Source: Clostridia bacterium (GTDB lineage: Bacteria; CBDUZB01; JAGLHV01). Taken from it: a DNA stretch of 61,595 nucleotides. Under the pieces are notes generated by a model. It made no database searches and was not told where the DNA came from. It saw only the letters and a program-made list of their open reading frames with translations. This document shows, in pieces, positions 19,982-29,907 of the stretch; position 1 is the stretch's first letter, and each line of letters starts with the position of its first letter. The stretch is from positions 1 to 61,595 of the forward strand of contig DAOVVV010000012.1 in the NCBI GenBank assembly GCA_030637025.1. Direction: 5' to 3'. A program made the translations under genes and the position numbers.

Positions 19982-22900
19982 TCATTTGCTTTTTCGGGTG
20001 GATAATATTTTAGAATTATTTATTTTGTTTAGAAATTTTTCAATTCCTTTTATAATTGCTTCTGCTTGTTTTTTTCGAAATTCAGGGTCAAGCAGAAGAG
20101 CTTCTTCCTGGGGATTAGTAAGAAAAGCTTGTTCGATAAGAATAGCCGGTATTCGGGTAGTTCGAATAATTTTATAATTAAAGTTTCCTACCAGTCCGAA
20201 ATCGTTTAAACCTAAAAGATTGAGTTCTTGATGAACAAATTCCGCTAATAAGCGGCAATGATTGTGTTTATAGTAGGTGCTGACTCCGGAATAATCACTA
20301 AAAAATCCATGTGATAGATTTGCTGCATTTGCATGAATAGAAAGGATAAAATCAGCATTAGCTTCAATGGCACACTGCAATCTTTGAGTAAAAGAGGGAT
20401 ACGCGTCTACGGGACGCATAATAACGGTTTTTGCTCCTTTTTCTTCCAGTAGTTTTTTTAGCAATGTAGAAAAGTATAAGTTAATATCTTTTTCCTTGGT
20501 TCCCATTACTCCGATTGCTCCGGTGTTATGTGCTCCGTGTCCTGCCTCGATAGCAAAAACAAGTCCTTTTAGGGGAGAATTCGGTTTTTTAGCAATCAGT
20601 GGTGGTCTTTTAATAAATATGGTAAGTCCTGTATCATCTCTTTCTGCCCAATATCCCCAGATTTGATTAAATTTTAAGGGTATTCTGAGCTGATACCAAT
20701 TATCTTCAATTTGTTTCCCGGTGACGGAGCCTACGATGGTTGCGCTTGATTGGTGGACGAACCAGGTTGTGGCAAAATGACTGTTGAAAAAATCTATAAA
20801 CAAGCAGTTTTGCGGGTGGGTTTCTGAAGTTATATTATATATAATAGGTTCCCGGAAAGATATTCTTATGGTATCATATTTTTCGTCCCCGCTTATGGTA
20901 CATAAGGGAAAATGCATATGCGGAATAGGGGTGCTTGTTGGCAGGATTTGGACCTTTTTATCCGAGATCCACCCGGTTAAAGATTTAGACAGGCGTAGTT
21001 TATATTTATCTCCTCTTTTTCCAATGATTTCAAAGCGAGTTCCTTCTGGTACTTCTGCAACAAAAGGGCCGCCAAGCCTGACCCGGTGGTCGCCAAATTC
21101 AATAAATGATTTATTTTTTTTTGTTTCTCCTACCCGGGGATAAAGAGAGTTCCATACCTCAACTTTTGCCTTTGATGTTTTATTCATTTTTTTATTAAAA
21201 AAGGGAAAATTACTTTTTTGTTTCATTTTTACGGTCACAGGAAGTGGGCTTACAGAAAATCCTTCGGGTATTTTAAACCGGGCAAAATAAGTGCTGGTAA
21301 AAACATTATTTTCGTTTTTTGTTTCCATAAGTTTTATTTTTTTATTATAGTATTCTGCCCATCCTCGCCAGTCTGCCGGTCCGGTAACTTTAATTTCCAA
21401 AACATCGTTGGTTAATAAGATTAAATCTTTAGACGGTTCTAATATTTCAATAGATTCTTTCCGGTCTAAAGGTTTGGGCGGTATTCTGGTGACAGATAAA
21501 AGCCGTGTGGTAGTTTTTCCCCGGTGATTGGTAGCACTAATTTTAATTTTATTTTCTCCCATTTTAAGGGGGATGTTGTCCATAGCAAAAGCACCTGTAG
21601 AGAAAACCTCTACGGTGGTGGTAGCTATTTTTATTTTATAAGAAGGCAGGGTTCTACCCAGGAGATGAATTACCTCCTGGTCTGTTCGTGATTGATGTTT
21701 AGGGTGGAAAATATGAAAAAAAACTGTTTCTTTTGCTTGTTCTATCCCGGTTAGGCTAATATTTATTTTCCTGATTTCGCCCAGGTTTATTTTATCTACA
21801 TAAATTGATTTTTGTTCTGTTCCATCGTATTCTACAGTTAGTTTTAAAGGAATGGATGGAATCTGTAAAAAAGTAAATCGTCCATCAGCACTACTGGTAT
21901 TACATTGAGTAAATTTATTATGGTAAAGCTCTAGGTGCTTATTTGAGTCAGGTTTAATGGAAATCCAGGCGTCAACTAAAGGTTGTCCTTTTTCATCTGT
22001 AACTGTGCCCAGAATCATACCTTTCTTAGTATTGGATTTTCGGTCAAATTGAGGAACCGGTCTTTTTTTTCGGTAGACTGTTTTTTTTAATTCTTTAAAG
22101 GCATTTTTTGCTTTAGCCGAACTATAAGAAAAAATAATTGTTCCCGGTCCGCCTCGTTTACGGACAGCTTTTATTTGGGCAATGTTTTCTTTTACTTTCC
22201 TGTTTTTTCCATATATTTTTTGACCGGCAATAACATGTTTTAAGCCCACCCCTTGATAAAAATTATTGAGCAGGTCGTTGTGATTGGGTTTGGAAACAGA
22301 AATATCCCAGAAAAGTGTAGGTGTACAAAAATCTATAGCACCGAGGTTTATCCATTTCCAGCTATCCTGAAAATAATCGTAATAACCACTGCTAAATTGA
22401 TAGTAGTCCCTGGAAAAATAGGGATTATAAATCCCGGATACGGAAGAGGAGAGAACAACGCAGGGTTTTTCAGCAACAATTTCCGCATAAAGGTCGGTAA
22501 TAAACTTGTTCAATTGTTCTCTTTGCCAATCAGACCAATCTTTTCGGTTGGGATTGCCTCTGGTAAAAAATCGTGTTTTACTTACAGTATCCAGGCTGTA
22601 CTCTGCTCCCGGATATTGTAATTTAGCCAGATGTATCCCATCAATATTGTAACGGCGTACAAGATCAAGAATGATTTTGCGTAAATAAGCATGAACATGG
22701 GGAATACCGGGAGAAAGGTAATAATGTTTTTTATTTATGCTGTCCTTTGTTTTTCCTTTTTCGTCTATACAAATCCATGGGTTTTTTGATCCGGGTCCGT
22801 GTAAAGATAATAGATGATTGGGTGTAGTTTGTTTTTTTGTTTTTACCGTAATTAAAGACATTGTATCCATGTAGGCGTATAATTTAAGGTTTCGTTGGTG

Positions 22901-23278
22901 TGCTTCGGTTATCGCAAATTGTAAGGGGTCAAAGGGAAGAGATTTTTTTCCTATAAGTTGTGACCACGGTTCATAAGTGCTGGGATAAAGTACTTCTGCT
23001 CCGGCACGTACCTGAAAAACTACAACATTAAAGTTTGCCTTTTGTAAATCCTGCATAATATTAATAATATTTTGTTTACATGTTTTAGGGTCTTCGGAAA
23101 CCCATTCAAGACAACTAATTAACATTCCTCTAAACTCGGGTGCAGGGAAAGAATCTTGATTGATATTATTTAGTTCTAAATTTGTTTTTTGAGTTAAGTC
23201 GGGGCTAATAAAAAAGAACAAAAATGTAATGAATAAACTTATACCTATAATAAATATAATTCTTTTTAATAAGGTCAT
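19982..23278 (-). CDS. Multidomain envelope hydrolase: GHL10 (YddW/DigH-like) + carboxypeptidase-regulatory/Ig-like + N-acetylmuramoyl-L-alanine amidase (Amidase_3)
   Basis: EFRGM..., NFNVVVFQVR, DPLQFAITEAH (GHL10); C-terminal EAGHG, EKDIN, SIHANA, ILIEQAFLTN (Zn amidase). Confidence 0.88.
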   Translation of the reverse strand: MTLLKRIIFIIGISLFITFLFFFISPDLTQKTNLELNNINQDSFPAPEFRGMLISCLEWVSEDPKTCKQNIINIMQDLQKANFNVVVFQVRAGAEVLYPSTYEPWSQLIGKKSLPFDPLQFAITEAHQRNLKLYAYMDTMSLITVKTKKQTTPNHLLSLHGPGSKNPWICIDEKGKTKDSINKKHYYLSPGIPHVHAYLRKIILDLVRRYNIDGIHLAKLQYPGAEYSLDTVSKTRFFTRGNPNRKDWSDWQREQLNKFITDLYAEIVAEKPCVVLSSSVSGIYNPYFSRDYYQFSSGYYDYFQDSWKWINLGAIDFCTPTLFWDISVSKPNHNDLLNNFYQGVGLKHVIAGQKIYGKNRKVKENIAQIKAVRKRGGPGTIIFSYSSAKAKNAFKELKKTVYRKKRPVPQFDRKSNTKKGMILGTVTDEKGQPLVDAWISIKPDSNKHLELYHNKFTQCNTSSADGRFTFLQIPSIPLKLTVEYDGTEQKSIYVDKINLGEIRKINISLTGIEQAKETVFFHIFHPKHQSRTDQEVIHLLGRTLPSYKIKIATTTVEVFSTGAFAMDNIPLKMGENKIKISATNHRGKTTTRLLSVTRIPPKPLDRKESIEILEPSKDLILLTNDVLEIKVTGPADWRGWAEYYNKKIKLMETKNENNVFTSTYFARFKIPEGFSVSPLPVTVKMKQKSNFPFFNKKMNKTSKAKVEVWNSLYPRVGETKKNKSFIEFGDHRVRLGGPFVAEVPEGTRFEIIGKRGDKYKLRLSKSLTGWISDKKVQILPTSTPIPHMHFPLCTISGDEKYDTIRISFREPIIYNITSETHPQNCLFIDFFNSHFATTWFVHQSSATIVGSVTGKQIEDNWYQLRIPLKFNQIWGYWAERDDTGLTIFIKRPPLIAKKPNSPLKGLVFAIEAGHGAHNTGAIGVMGTKEKDINLYFSTLLKKLLEEKGAKTVIMRPVDAYPSFTQRLQCAIEANADFILSIHANAANLSHGFFSDYSGVSTYYKHNHCRLLAEFVHQELNLLGLNDFGLVGNFNYKIIRTTRIPAILIEQAFLTNPQEEALLLDPEFRKKQAEAIIKGIEKFLNKINNSKILSTRKSK

Positions 23279-23423
23279 TTTTCTGTCCTCTTTATATTTT
23301 TGAAGGTTACGGTATTATACAAATTTTTTGCCGGTAAATTCAATATAATTTGGGATAAAGCTGTCCTTCTAAATATAAATGAGATTTGACACAATTAATT
23401 TGATTTGGTATTATTTATACAAT

Positions 23424-23864
23424 ATGAAACAGAAAATTAGTAAAAAAAAGGTCTTATTTGTCTGTATATATAATTCAGTTCGTTCACAGCTGGCAGAAGG
23501 GATACTCAGGGGTTTATACGATTCTCACTATGAGGTTTATAGTGCAGGTATCTATGATTCAGGTATTAATCCCTGTGCTATAAAAGTGATGAAAGAAATA
23601 GGGATTGATATTTCCAGGCAATACTCAAAATCTTTGAAAAAGTTTGAAGGGTTAGGATTTGACTTTGTGGTGACTTTGTGTGATGAAGCAAAGCAAGCCT
23701 GTCCCTTTTTTCCCGGGGGAAAGAAATATTTGCATAAAAGTTTCCGGGATCCGGCTCAATTCAAGGGTTCACAAGACCGGGTTTTAAATGTTTTTAGACT
23801 TATCAGGGATGAAATTAAAGATTGGATAAAGGAAACTTTTTCCCCTGTAAGAACAAACAGGTAA
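23424..23864 (+). CDS. arsC: ArsC / LMW-PTP family arsenate reductase
   Basis: VLFVCIYNSVRSQLAEG P-loop; VVTLCD...ACPFFPG; DP motif. Confidence 0.82.
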   Translation: MKQKISKKKVLFVCIYNSVRSQLAEGILRGLYDSHYEVYSAGIYDSGINPCAIKVMKEIGIDISRQYSKSLKKFEGLGFDFVVTLCDEAKQACPFFPGGKKYLHKSFRDPAQFKGSQDRVLNVFRLIRDEIKDWIKETFSPVRTNR

Positions 23865-23917
23865 AAAAGATAATCCGGTTATACAATATTAATTATAGAA
23901 ATCGAGGTGTTTTTTTT

Positions 23918-24802
23918 ATGTTTAATATTCCTTACCAGGGTGTTGTAATAAGACCTCCCAGCGAAGCCAATAGCCTTATTTTTCAGATTACACTGGGGTG
24001 TTCGGATAACCATTGCATTTTTTGTCCTGCCTATAAAGATAAAAAGTTTGAAATTAAAGATTTGAAAGAGATTGAAAAAGAAATAAAATATGCTGCCCGG
24101 GTTTATCCTCAAACGAGAAGAATATTTTTTGCTGACGGGGATCCCCTGGTAGTAGAACAGGGGAAGCTGGTACAAATTTTTGAGCTTGTGCAGGATAACT
24201 TTCCAAAACTTACCCGAATTGGAATATACGGTTCTATCAAAAGTTTAGAGAATAAATCGGTTAATGATTTGTCTGAACTTAAAAAAAATAAACTGGGTAT
24301 TATCTATCTTGGATTTGAAACCGGTGATGAGGAAGTATATAAACAAATTAAAAAATATGGGTCACCTGCTGGGAATGTGGAAACTTGTATCAAGATAAAA
24401 GAAGCGGGAATAAAGGTAAATGTGACTATAATCTTAGGGCTTGGGGGAAAAGACCTGTCGGTTCAGCATAGTGCAAATACCGCAAAAATTTTAAATCTTG
24501 CCCGGCCACAGCAAATAGCCGCTTTGACTTTGATGGTCGTTCCGGGAACGCCTCTTTATCAAATGATAGAAAAGGATAAATTTAAACAGCTTGAGCAATT
24601 TGATTTTTTGGAAGAGCTCCGTTCTTTAATAGAAAAACTTGACGATTTTAAATGCCTGTTCTTTTCAAATCACGCTTCGAATTATTACTCCATAAGTGCG
24701 AGATTTCCTAATGACAAAGGCAGAATTTTAAAAGAACTTGAATGTATAATCAAGAAGAAACAGAAGGATATTCTGACCCCTGATTTTATGAGGGGCTTGT
24801 AG
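23918..24802 (+). CDS. Radical SAM protein
   Basis: RPPSEANS...GCSDNHCIFC, FFADGD, YLGFETG, SNHASNY. Confidence 0.88.
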   Translation: MFNIPYQGVVIRPPSEANSLIFQITLGCSDNHCIFCPAYKDKKFEIKDLKEIEKEIKYAARVYPQTRRIFFADGDPLVVEQGKLVQIFELVQDNFPKLTRIGIYGSIKSLENKSVNDLSELKKNKLGIIYLGFETGDEEVYKQIKKYGSPAGNVETCIKIKEAGIKVNVTIILGLGGKDLSVQHSANTAKILNLARPQQIAALTLMVVPGTPLYQMIEKDKFKQLEQFDFLEELRSLIEKLDDFKCLFFSNHASNYYSISARFPNDKGRILKELECIIKKKQKDILTPDFMRGL

Positions 24803-24880
24803 AATAATAGTATCATCTGTAAAATGGCTGTTGTTTCTGTTTAAGGATAATTGGAAGATATATAAAATAGGGGGGTAAAT

Positions 24881-25360
24881 ATGAAAAAATTATTTTTGTT
24901 GGTTTTATCTTTGAGTTTGTTAGCACTTTCGAGTTATGCAAATCAATTATTAGAAGGGGAAATTGCCTTTTTTTCTACCAGGGATAATGAACATGGAATT
25001 TATGTAATGCATTCTGATGGAAGTAATCAAAGAAAACTGGTTAAACCGGCAAAAGAGGAGTGGCCTATGCCGGCTATAGGCCTTTCCTGGTCGCCGGATG
25101 AAAAACACATAATTTTTAGTTCAAAGAGGGATGGAAATGGGGAAATTTATATTATGAATAGTGATGGAAGCAAACAACGAAACTTAACAAATAATCCTGC
25201 TGATGATAATTTCCCTGTTTGGTTTCCTGATGGGGAAAAATTAATTTTTAGAACAAATCGTGATGGAAACTGGGAAATTTACAGTGTGGATTTAAATGGG
25301 AAAAATCCAAAAAACTTAACAAATAATTCCGCTGATGATATGTTTTTAACCTGGCGTTGA
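24881..25360 (+). CDS. Exported TolB-like PD40 repeat protein
   Basis: Signal peptide; repeated WSPD..IIFSSKRDGNGEIYIMN.DG...NLTNN. Confidence 0.85.
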   Translation: MKKLFLLVLSLSLLALSSYANQLLEGEIAFFSTRDNEHGIYVMHSDGSNQRKLVKPAKEEWPMPAIGLSWSPDEKHIIFSSKRDGNGEIYIMNSDGSKQRNLTNNPADDNFPVWFPDGEKLIFRTNRDGNWEIYSVDLNGKNPKNLTNNSADDMFLTWR

Positions 25361-25529
25361 GATAAAATTGAGTGTTTGCTATAGTTTAAAATGTATAATT
25401 TTAAAGAATTATTTTTTAATAAATTTATATTTGGTGTATAAAAAACGGAGTTGTTGTATTTCTTTGAGAAATTTAAAATTTTATGAACAAACAATTGCAG
25501 TAAGTATAAAAGTTTAAAGGAGGACATAA

Positions 25530-27296
25530 ATGAAAAGGAAATATTTTTTGTTTTTGAAAACAGTATGGATTTTGGTAGGGGTTATGTGCTTGGGTTGTAT
25601 AAAAGCGGGAGCGGTGGGGACGCTGATTCCCCTTTCTTCAGCTACTTATAACGGAGGTAGCCAAGAAGATGCTTATTCTGTAGCTGTAGACGGAGATGGG
25701 AATGTTTTTGTTACCGGTACCCTTCAAAATGGAGCAAGTCTTGATTATTGTACTATAAAGTATAACAATGATTTGTCTTTAACACTCGCTTCGGTTGTTT
25801 TTAACGGTTCCGACAACAGAGATGACCGGGCTAGAGCAGTAGCCGTAGACGGGGACGGAAATATTTTTGTTACCGGGGAAAGTTATAGCGGAACAAATTT
25901 CGATTATTGTACTATCAAATATAACAATGACCTTTCCGTAATGCTGGCTTCGGCTACTTATCATGGTTCTATAAATGGATGGGAAAGGGCTTATGGATTA
26001 GCGATAGATAATACAGGGAATATTATTGTTACCGGACAAAATTGGAATGGGTTAAACCTGGATTATTGTACTATTAAATATAACAATGACCTTTCCGTAA
26101 TATTAGCTTCGGCTGTTTACGATAATTCCGGAGCTGATAATGCTTATGCGGTAGCTTTAGATACGGATGGAAATATTTTTGTTACCGGACAAAGCTGGGG
26201 TGGATCAAGTTATGATTATTGTACGGTTAAATATAACAGTGATCTTTCTGCAGTACTGGCTTCGACTACCTATGATGCTCCTGCAGGAGACTGGGATAGT
26301 GCTAAAGCAATAGACGTAGATAATGATGGAAATATTTTTGTTACCGGGACGTGTTCCGACGGAGTAATTTTTTATTGTTATACTGTAAAGTATAATAACG
26401 ATCTTTCTCTGGTGCTTGGTTCGGTTACTTATAATTGCCCTGTACCTGGTGATGATTCCGGCATGGGATTGACCATAGATTCGGGTGGAAATATTATTGT
26501 TGCCGGATATAGTTCTAATGGTGTAAATAATGATTATTTTAATTTCATCTATAACAATGATCTTTCCGTAATATTGGCTTCGGCTGTTTATGATAGTTCC
26601 GGAGCTGATAATGCTTATGCGGTAACTTTAGATGCAAACGGAAATATTTTTACTACCGGGTCTAGTTGGAGCGGTGGAGGTAATGATTATTTTACTATAA
26701 AATATAATGGTTCGCCGATGATTTCCTCTGTTTCTCCTACGGACGGAAATCATGGAGAAACCTTGGTATTTACTATAAACGGTTTAAATTTTTTTAGCGG
26801 AGCGAAAGTAGATTTTAGTGGTGAGGGAATAATAGTGAATTCCGTTAATTTTATAAATTCGACTCAAATTGAGGTAAATATTACTATTGTCCGGGGTGCT
26901 TTTTTAGGAGCGAGGGATATAACCGTTACTAATACCGATGATGTTAGTGCGACTCTATCAGCGGCATTTGAAGTCAGAGGATTATTATCAGGAGATGACG
27001 ATGAAATAGATGAAGTAAAGATTCAGGGAGGGGAGAACGGGTATGTAAGTTTTTCTAAAGGAGATGATGTTACAATTTATTTTAAAACTAGCGATCCCGG
27101 AGAGATTAAGCTAAAGGTTTATACCTTACGGGGGCAATTAGCATGGGAAGAAACTAAAGAAACCGATGGGGAGGAAGATTTTATTATTTGGGATGGGAAA
27201 AATACTGAGGGAACGGTTGTGGCTTCCGGGGTTTATGTGATTTTGATTGATGGTCCCGGGATAAACACTACTAATAAAATAGCTATTATAAAATAG
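25530..27296 (+). CDS. Secreted SBBP-type beta-propeller protein with IPT/TIG domain and FlgD-Ig-like C-terminal domain
   Basis: Seven ~52-aa repeats (AVDGDGNIFVTG...DYCTIKYNNDLS); PMISSVSP TIG domain; C-terminal WDGKN..G..VASGVY...KIAIIK. Confidence 0.85.
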   Translation: MKRKYFLFLKTVWILVGVMCLGCIKAGAVGTLIPLSSATYNGGSQEDAYSVAVDGDGNVFVTGTLQNGASLDYCTIKYNNDLSLTLASVVFNGSDNRDDRARAVAVDGDGNIFVTGESYSGTNFDYCTIKYNNDLSVMLASATYHGSINGWERAYGLAIDNTGNIIVTGQNWNGLNLDYCTIKYNNDLSVILASAVYDNSGADNAYAVALDTDGNIFVTGQSWGGSSYDYCTVKYNSDLSAVLASTTYDAPAGDWDSAKAIDVDNDGNIFVTGTCSDGVIFYCYTVKYNNDLSLVLGSVTYNCPVPGDDSGMGLTIDSGGNIIVAGYSSNGVNNDYFNFIYNNDLSVILASAVYDSSGADNAYAVTLDANGNIFTTGSSWSGGGNDYFTIKYNGSPMISSVSPTDGNHGETLVFTINGLNFFSGAKVDFSGEGIIVNSVNFINSTQIEVNITIVRGAFLGARDITVTNTDDVSATLSAAFEVRGLLSGDDDEIDEVKIQGGENGYVSFSKGDDVTIYFKTSDPGEIKLKVYTLRGQLAWEETKETDGEEDFIIWDGKNTEGTVVASGVYVILIDGPGINTTNKIAIIK

Positions 27297-27450
27297 AAAT
27301 AATAAAAAAAATCCTTACAACCCCGGATGGGTGTTTATTGGAAATTTATGAAGGATAACAAATTAGATATGGAAGGATTTGGGACAGAATGAATTTATCT
27401 GATTTAGACCCGTTTTTATTTAAGGTTTTATTTTTATAATATGATAACTT

Positions 27451-27646
27451 GGGAGATGCAAGCAGCCATTTTGAAATCTTCAGTTTGGTTCTGCGTATTG
27501 GCCTTCCATTGGTTTGTGCTCAGGCACGGTGAGGGTTCAACTCCCTAAAAAAGTTCTGTCTCTGAGGGTCAGCTTATGCAGCCAAATCAATAGCTTTGCA
27601 GGTTAAGACCTTCGCTATTGATTGGTAACCCTTGGAGGTAGAGCTT
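27451..27646 (+). ncRNA. Putative structured non-coding RNA / cis-regulatory leader of the slipin gene
   Basis: TATAAT at 27435. T-arm mimic AGGG-TTCAACT-CCCT (27532-27546). 18-bp stem 27551-27568/27629-27646 whose five non-Watson-Crick pairs are all G-U. Nested stems 27582-27594/27614-27625 and AGGT-TAAG-ACCT. Confidence 0.65.
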
Positions 27647-27660
27647 ATTATAAAGAAATT

Positions 27661-27791
27661 AATAATTTTGCAAAATAGCTTTTTATCTTTTTTGCCTGTC
27701 CTCTCCGCCTCATCCTCCGCCTCAGGCGGAGCGGAATGACCCGCCTTAAGGACTGGCGGACAGGCAGAATATTATATTTTGCAGAAGTCTA
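27661..27791. mobile_element. MITE-like insertion carrying REP-like GC-rich palindromes
   Basis: 11-bp direct repeat ATAAAGAAATT at 27650-27660 and 27792-27802; imperfect 16-bp terminal inverted repeats; right end recurs at about 33806-33840; internal palindromes recur at 34791-34907. Confidence 0.6.
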
Positions 27792-27823
27792 ATAAAGAAA
27801 TTGTAAAAGGAGGAAAATCGTAA

Positions 27824-28618
27824 ATGGCGCCTTTAATTATTACAAGTGTTATTTTAATTTTTATTATTAAGGTCTTGTATTTTAAAAGGATTACTATCTT
27901 TGAGTATGAAAGAGGATTGAAATATTCAAAGGGTAAATTCAAAAAAATTCTGAATCCCGGTCAATATTGGATTTTTACTTATTCCACCAGTATTAGAAAA
28001 GTTGATATAAGGCCTAAATTTGTATCGATAACCGGGCAGGAGATAATAAGTGCGGATAGTATTACTTTGAAAATTAGTATTGCTGCGAAATATGAAATAA
28101 TAAAACCTGATATTGCTGTTAACCATTCGGAAAATTATCAGGAAGCATTTTATTTAATATTACAATTAGCTTTGAGAGAAATTATTGGATTGGCAAAAAT
28201 TGATGAAGTTTTAGAAAAACGTAATTTATTTGGTGAAAAACTTATGCAGCTTACTACAACAAAAGTTGAAGAATTAGGCTTGAAACTATTATCGGTAAAC
28301 ATTAAAGATATTATGTTTCCCGGTGAATTAAAGAAAATGTTTGCTCAGGTAGTTAAAGCCCGGAAAGAGGGATTGGCGGCATTAGAAAAAACAAGGGGTG
28401 AAACGGCAGCATTGAGAAATCTGGTTAATGCGGCTAAGATGATAGAAAACAACCCAAATTTGATGCAATTAAGATTATTACAACTGATAGGGGAATCATC
28501 AGGGAATACTGTTGTTTTAGGTTCTTCCCCGGTGGTTGCACCTTTGCCGGTAAAGAATAAAAAAATTGGTAAGTCTAAAATTGAGAAATTAAAAAAGGCT
28601 AAAAAAGAGGAAGAATAA
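27824..28618 (+). CDS. Slipin family SPFH/band-7 domain protein
   Basis: IFEYERGL, GQEIISAD, ALREIIG, IKDIMFPG, RGETAALRNLVNAAKMIENNPNLMQLR. Confidence 0.9.
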   Translation: MAPLIITSVILIFIIKVLYFKRITIFEYERGLKYSKGKFKKILNPGQYWIFTYSTSIRKVDIRPKFVSITGQEIISADSITLKISIAAKYEIIKPDIAVNHSENYQEAFYLILQLALREIIGLAKIDEVLEKRNLFGEKLMQLTTTKVEELGLKLLSVNIKDIMFPGELKKMFAQVVKARKEGLAALEKTRGETAALRNLVNAAKMIENNPNLMQLRLLQLIGESSGNTVVLGSSPVVAPLPVKNKKIGKSKIEKLKKAKKEEE

Positions 28619-28759
28619 AGATGTGTTGAGAAAAACAAGTTACGGGGAAATAAATCCGATACCCTTCGTCTTCCTGTGGTCGTTCAGGGTCAATTCGACT
28701 ACAGAGTTTTTGTCAGCGGTCTGAAAAAACTCTAAGTCGCATTGAAATTAAACAAACAA

Positions 28760-29125
28760 ATGGATAAAATAACTTTTGAGAGATTAATAAACACTTCCCT
28801 GGAGAATTTGCCGGAAAAATTTCTCCGTAAAATGGAAAATATTATAATCGTAGTCGAAGATCTTCCTTCCCGGGAGGTAATGCTACAATTTGGGGTGAAA
28901 AATCCCCGGCATCTTCTGGGATTATATCATGGGGTACCACTGAGAAGTAGGGGAGTAAGGTATGGTAATGTTTTACCGGACAAGATATCAATATATAAAA
29001 AATCCATAGAAGCCTTATGTCGAACAGAAGAGGAAATATCGCTGAAAGTACGAGAGGTGGTAATGCACGAAATCGGGCATTATTTTGGTATGAGTGAGGA
29101 AGAACTGAGGAACGCAAAAATATAA
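28760..29125 (+). CDS. Zincin-like metallopeptidase (Zincin_1/DUF1025)
   Basis: LLGLYHGVPL, PDKISIY, VVMHEIGHYFG. Confidence 0.9.
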   Translation: MDKITFERLINTSLENLPEKFLRKMENIIIVVEDLPSREVMLQFGVKNPRHLLGLYHGVPLRSRGVRYGNVLPDKISIYKKSIEALCRTEEEISLKVREVVMHEIGHYFGMSEEELRNAKI

Positions 29126-29184
29126 GAGGGGTATATAAAAAAAATATAAAAGTTTTTTATCGATAGAGTGGTAAAAAAGACAGG

Positions 29185-29757
29185 ATGTATATAATGAATA
29201 AAAAAAAATTTATATTAGGAATTTTTATTACTGTTTTGGGTGGGGTTATTATGATAGTTAGTATGGTTCTGGGAATAGTTACTGTTGCTAAAGGATTGTA
29301 TGAGGATGTCTATGTTTTTCCAGTAACTTTGTCTATTTCTACGGAAAATTTAAAAACAAATTCCTTTACTGCAAAAAAAGGGAAGGGATTTTCTCTTTGG
29401 TTAAAAGTTCCCGACAGAAGAATGGAAAACAAAGATTTTCAAATTAGTGGTTCTTTTATTAATCAAAAAGCTGAGGTAATTGGCGATTTTAAAGAAAATT
29501 TTAAATTAGGATATCTTCGAAACAGTTTTGGCCGTGGGCAGTATTATAAATTAGGTGTTTGTCGTTTTGAAAGGGATTTTCAGGGGTGGATAAATTATAC
29601 AATAGGTGGTAAATGGAGTCCTCCCTATAATGGTTTTTTGGTAATAAGACAGCGGAAATCCTTTTCATTCCCAGTAAGGGAGATAGGTGTTTTTGGGGTA
29701 GGAATTTTATTGTTTATCATAGGCGTCGGAACGGTTGTAAAAAATAGGGTTGGTTGA
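29185..29757 (+). CDS. Hypothetical membrane protein (N- and C-terminal TM helices)
   Basis: Hydrophobic segments at both ends of a 190-aa ORF. Confidence 0.65.
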   Translation: MYIMNKKKFILGIFITVLGGVIMIVSMVLGIVTVAKGLYEDVYVFPVTLSISTENLKTNSFTAKKGKGFSLWLKVPDRRMENKDFQISGSFINQKAEVIGDFKENFKLGYLRNSFGRGQYYKLGVCRFERDFQGWINYTIGGKWSPPYNGFLVIRQRKSFSFPVREIGVFGVGILLFIIGVGTVVKNRVG

Positions 29758-29907
29758 GAATGAACATAAAACAAATTGACAAGTAGAGGACGATTAATAT
29801 ATAAATATATTGTGAAAAACAGGAATGGGTTATTAGGGAACACTTTTTTTTTAGATGTGTAATAGAGTGAAAGAATATATTAAAAAGGGGAGAAAGACGG
29901 GGTTAAA

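Noticed and set aside
25640-26710. CRISPR-like or DGR-like repeated DNA
   Set aside because: The repeats are in-frame beta-propeller coding repeats of about 156 bp; no spacers, cas genes or reverse transcriptase
27511-27550. Canonical tRNA gene
   Set aside because: Only a T-arm-like hairpin and one short stem are present; no acceptor stem, D-arm/anticodon geometry or CCA
28661-28690. ACCCTTCG...TCAGGGT hairpin as another REP-type family
   Set aside because: Only one degenerate copy and a weak partial match near 2650; not enough support within the window
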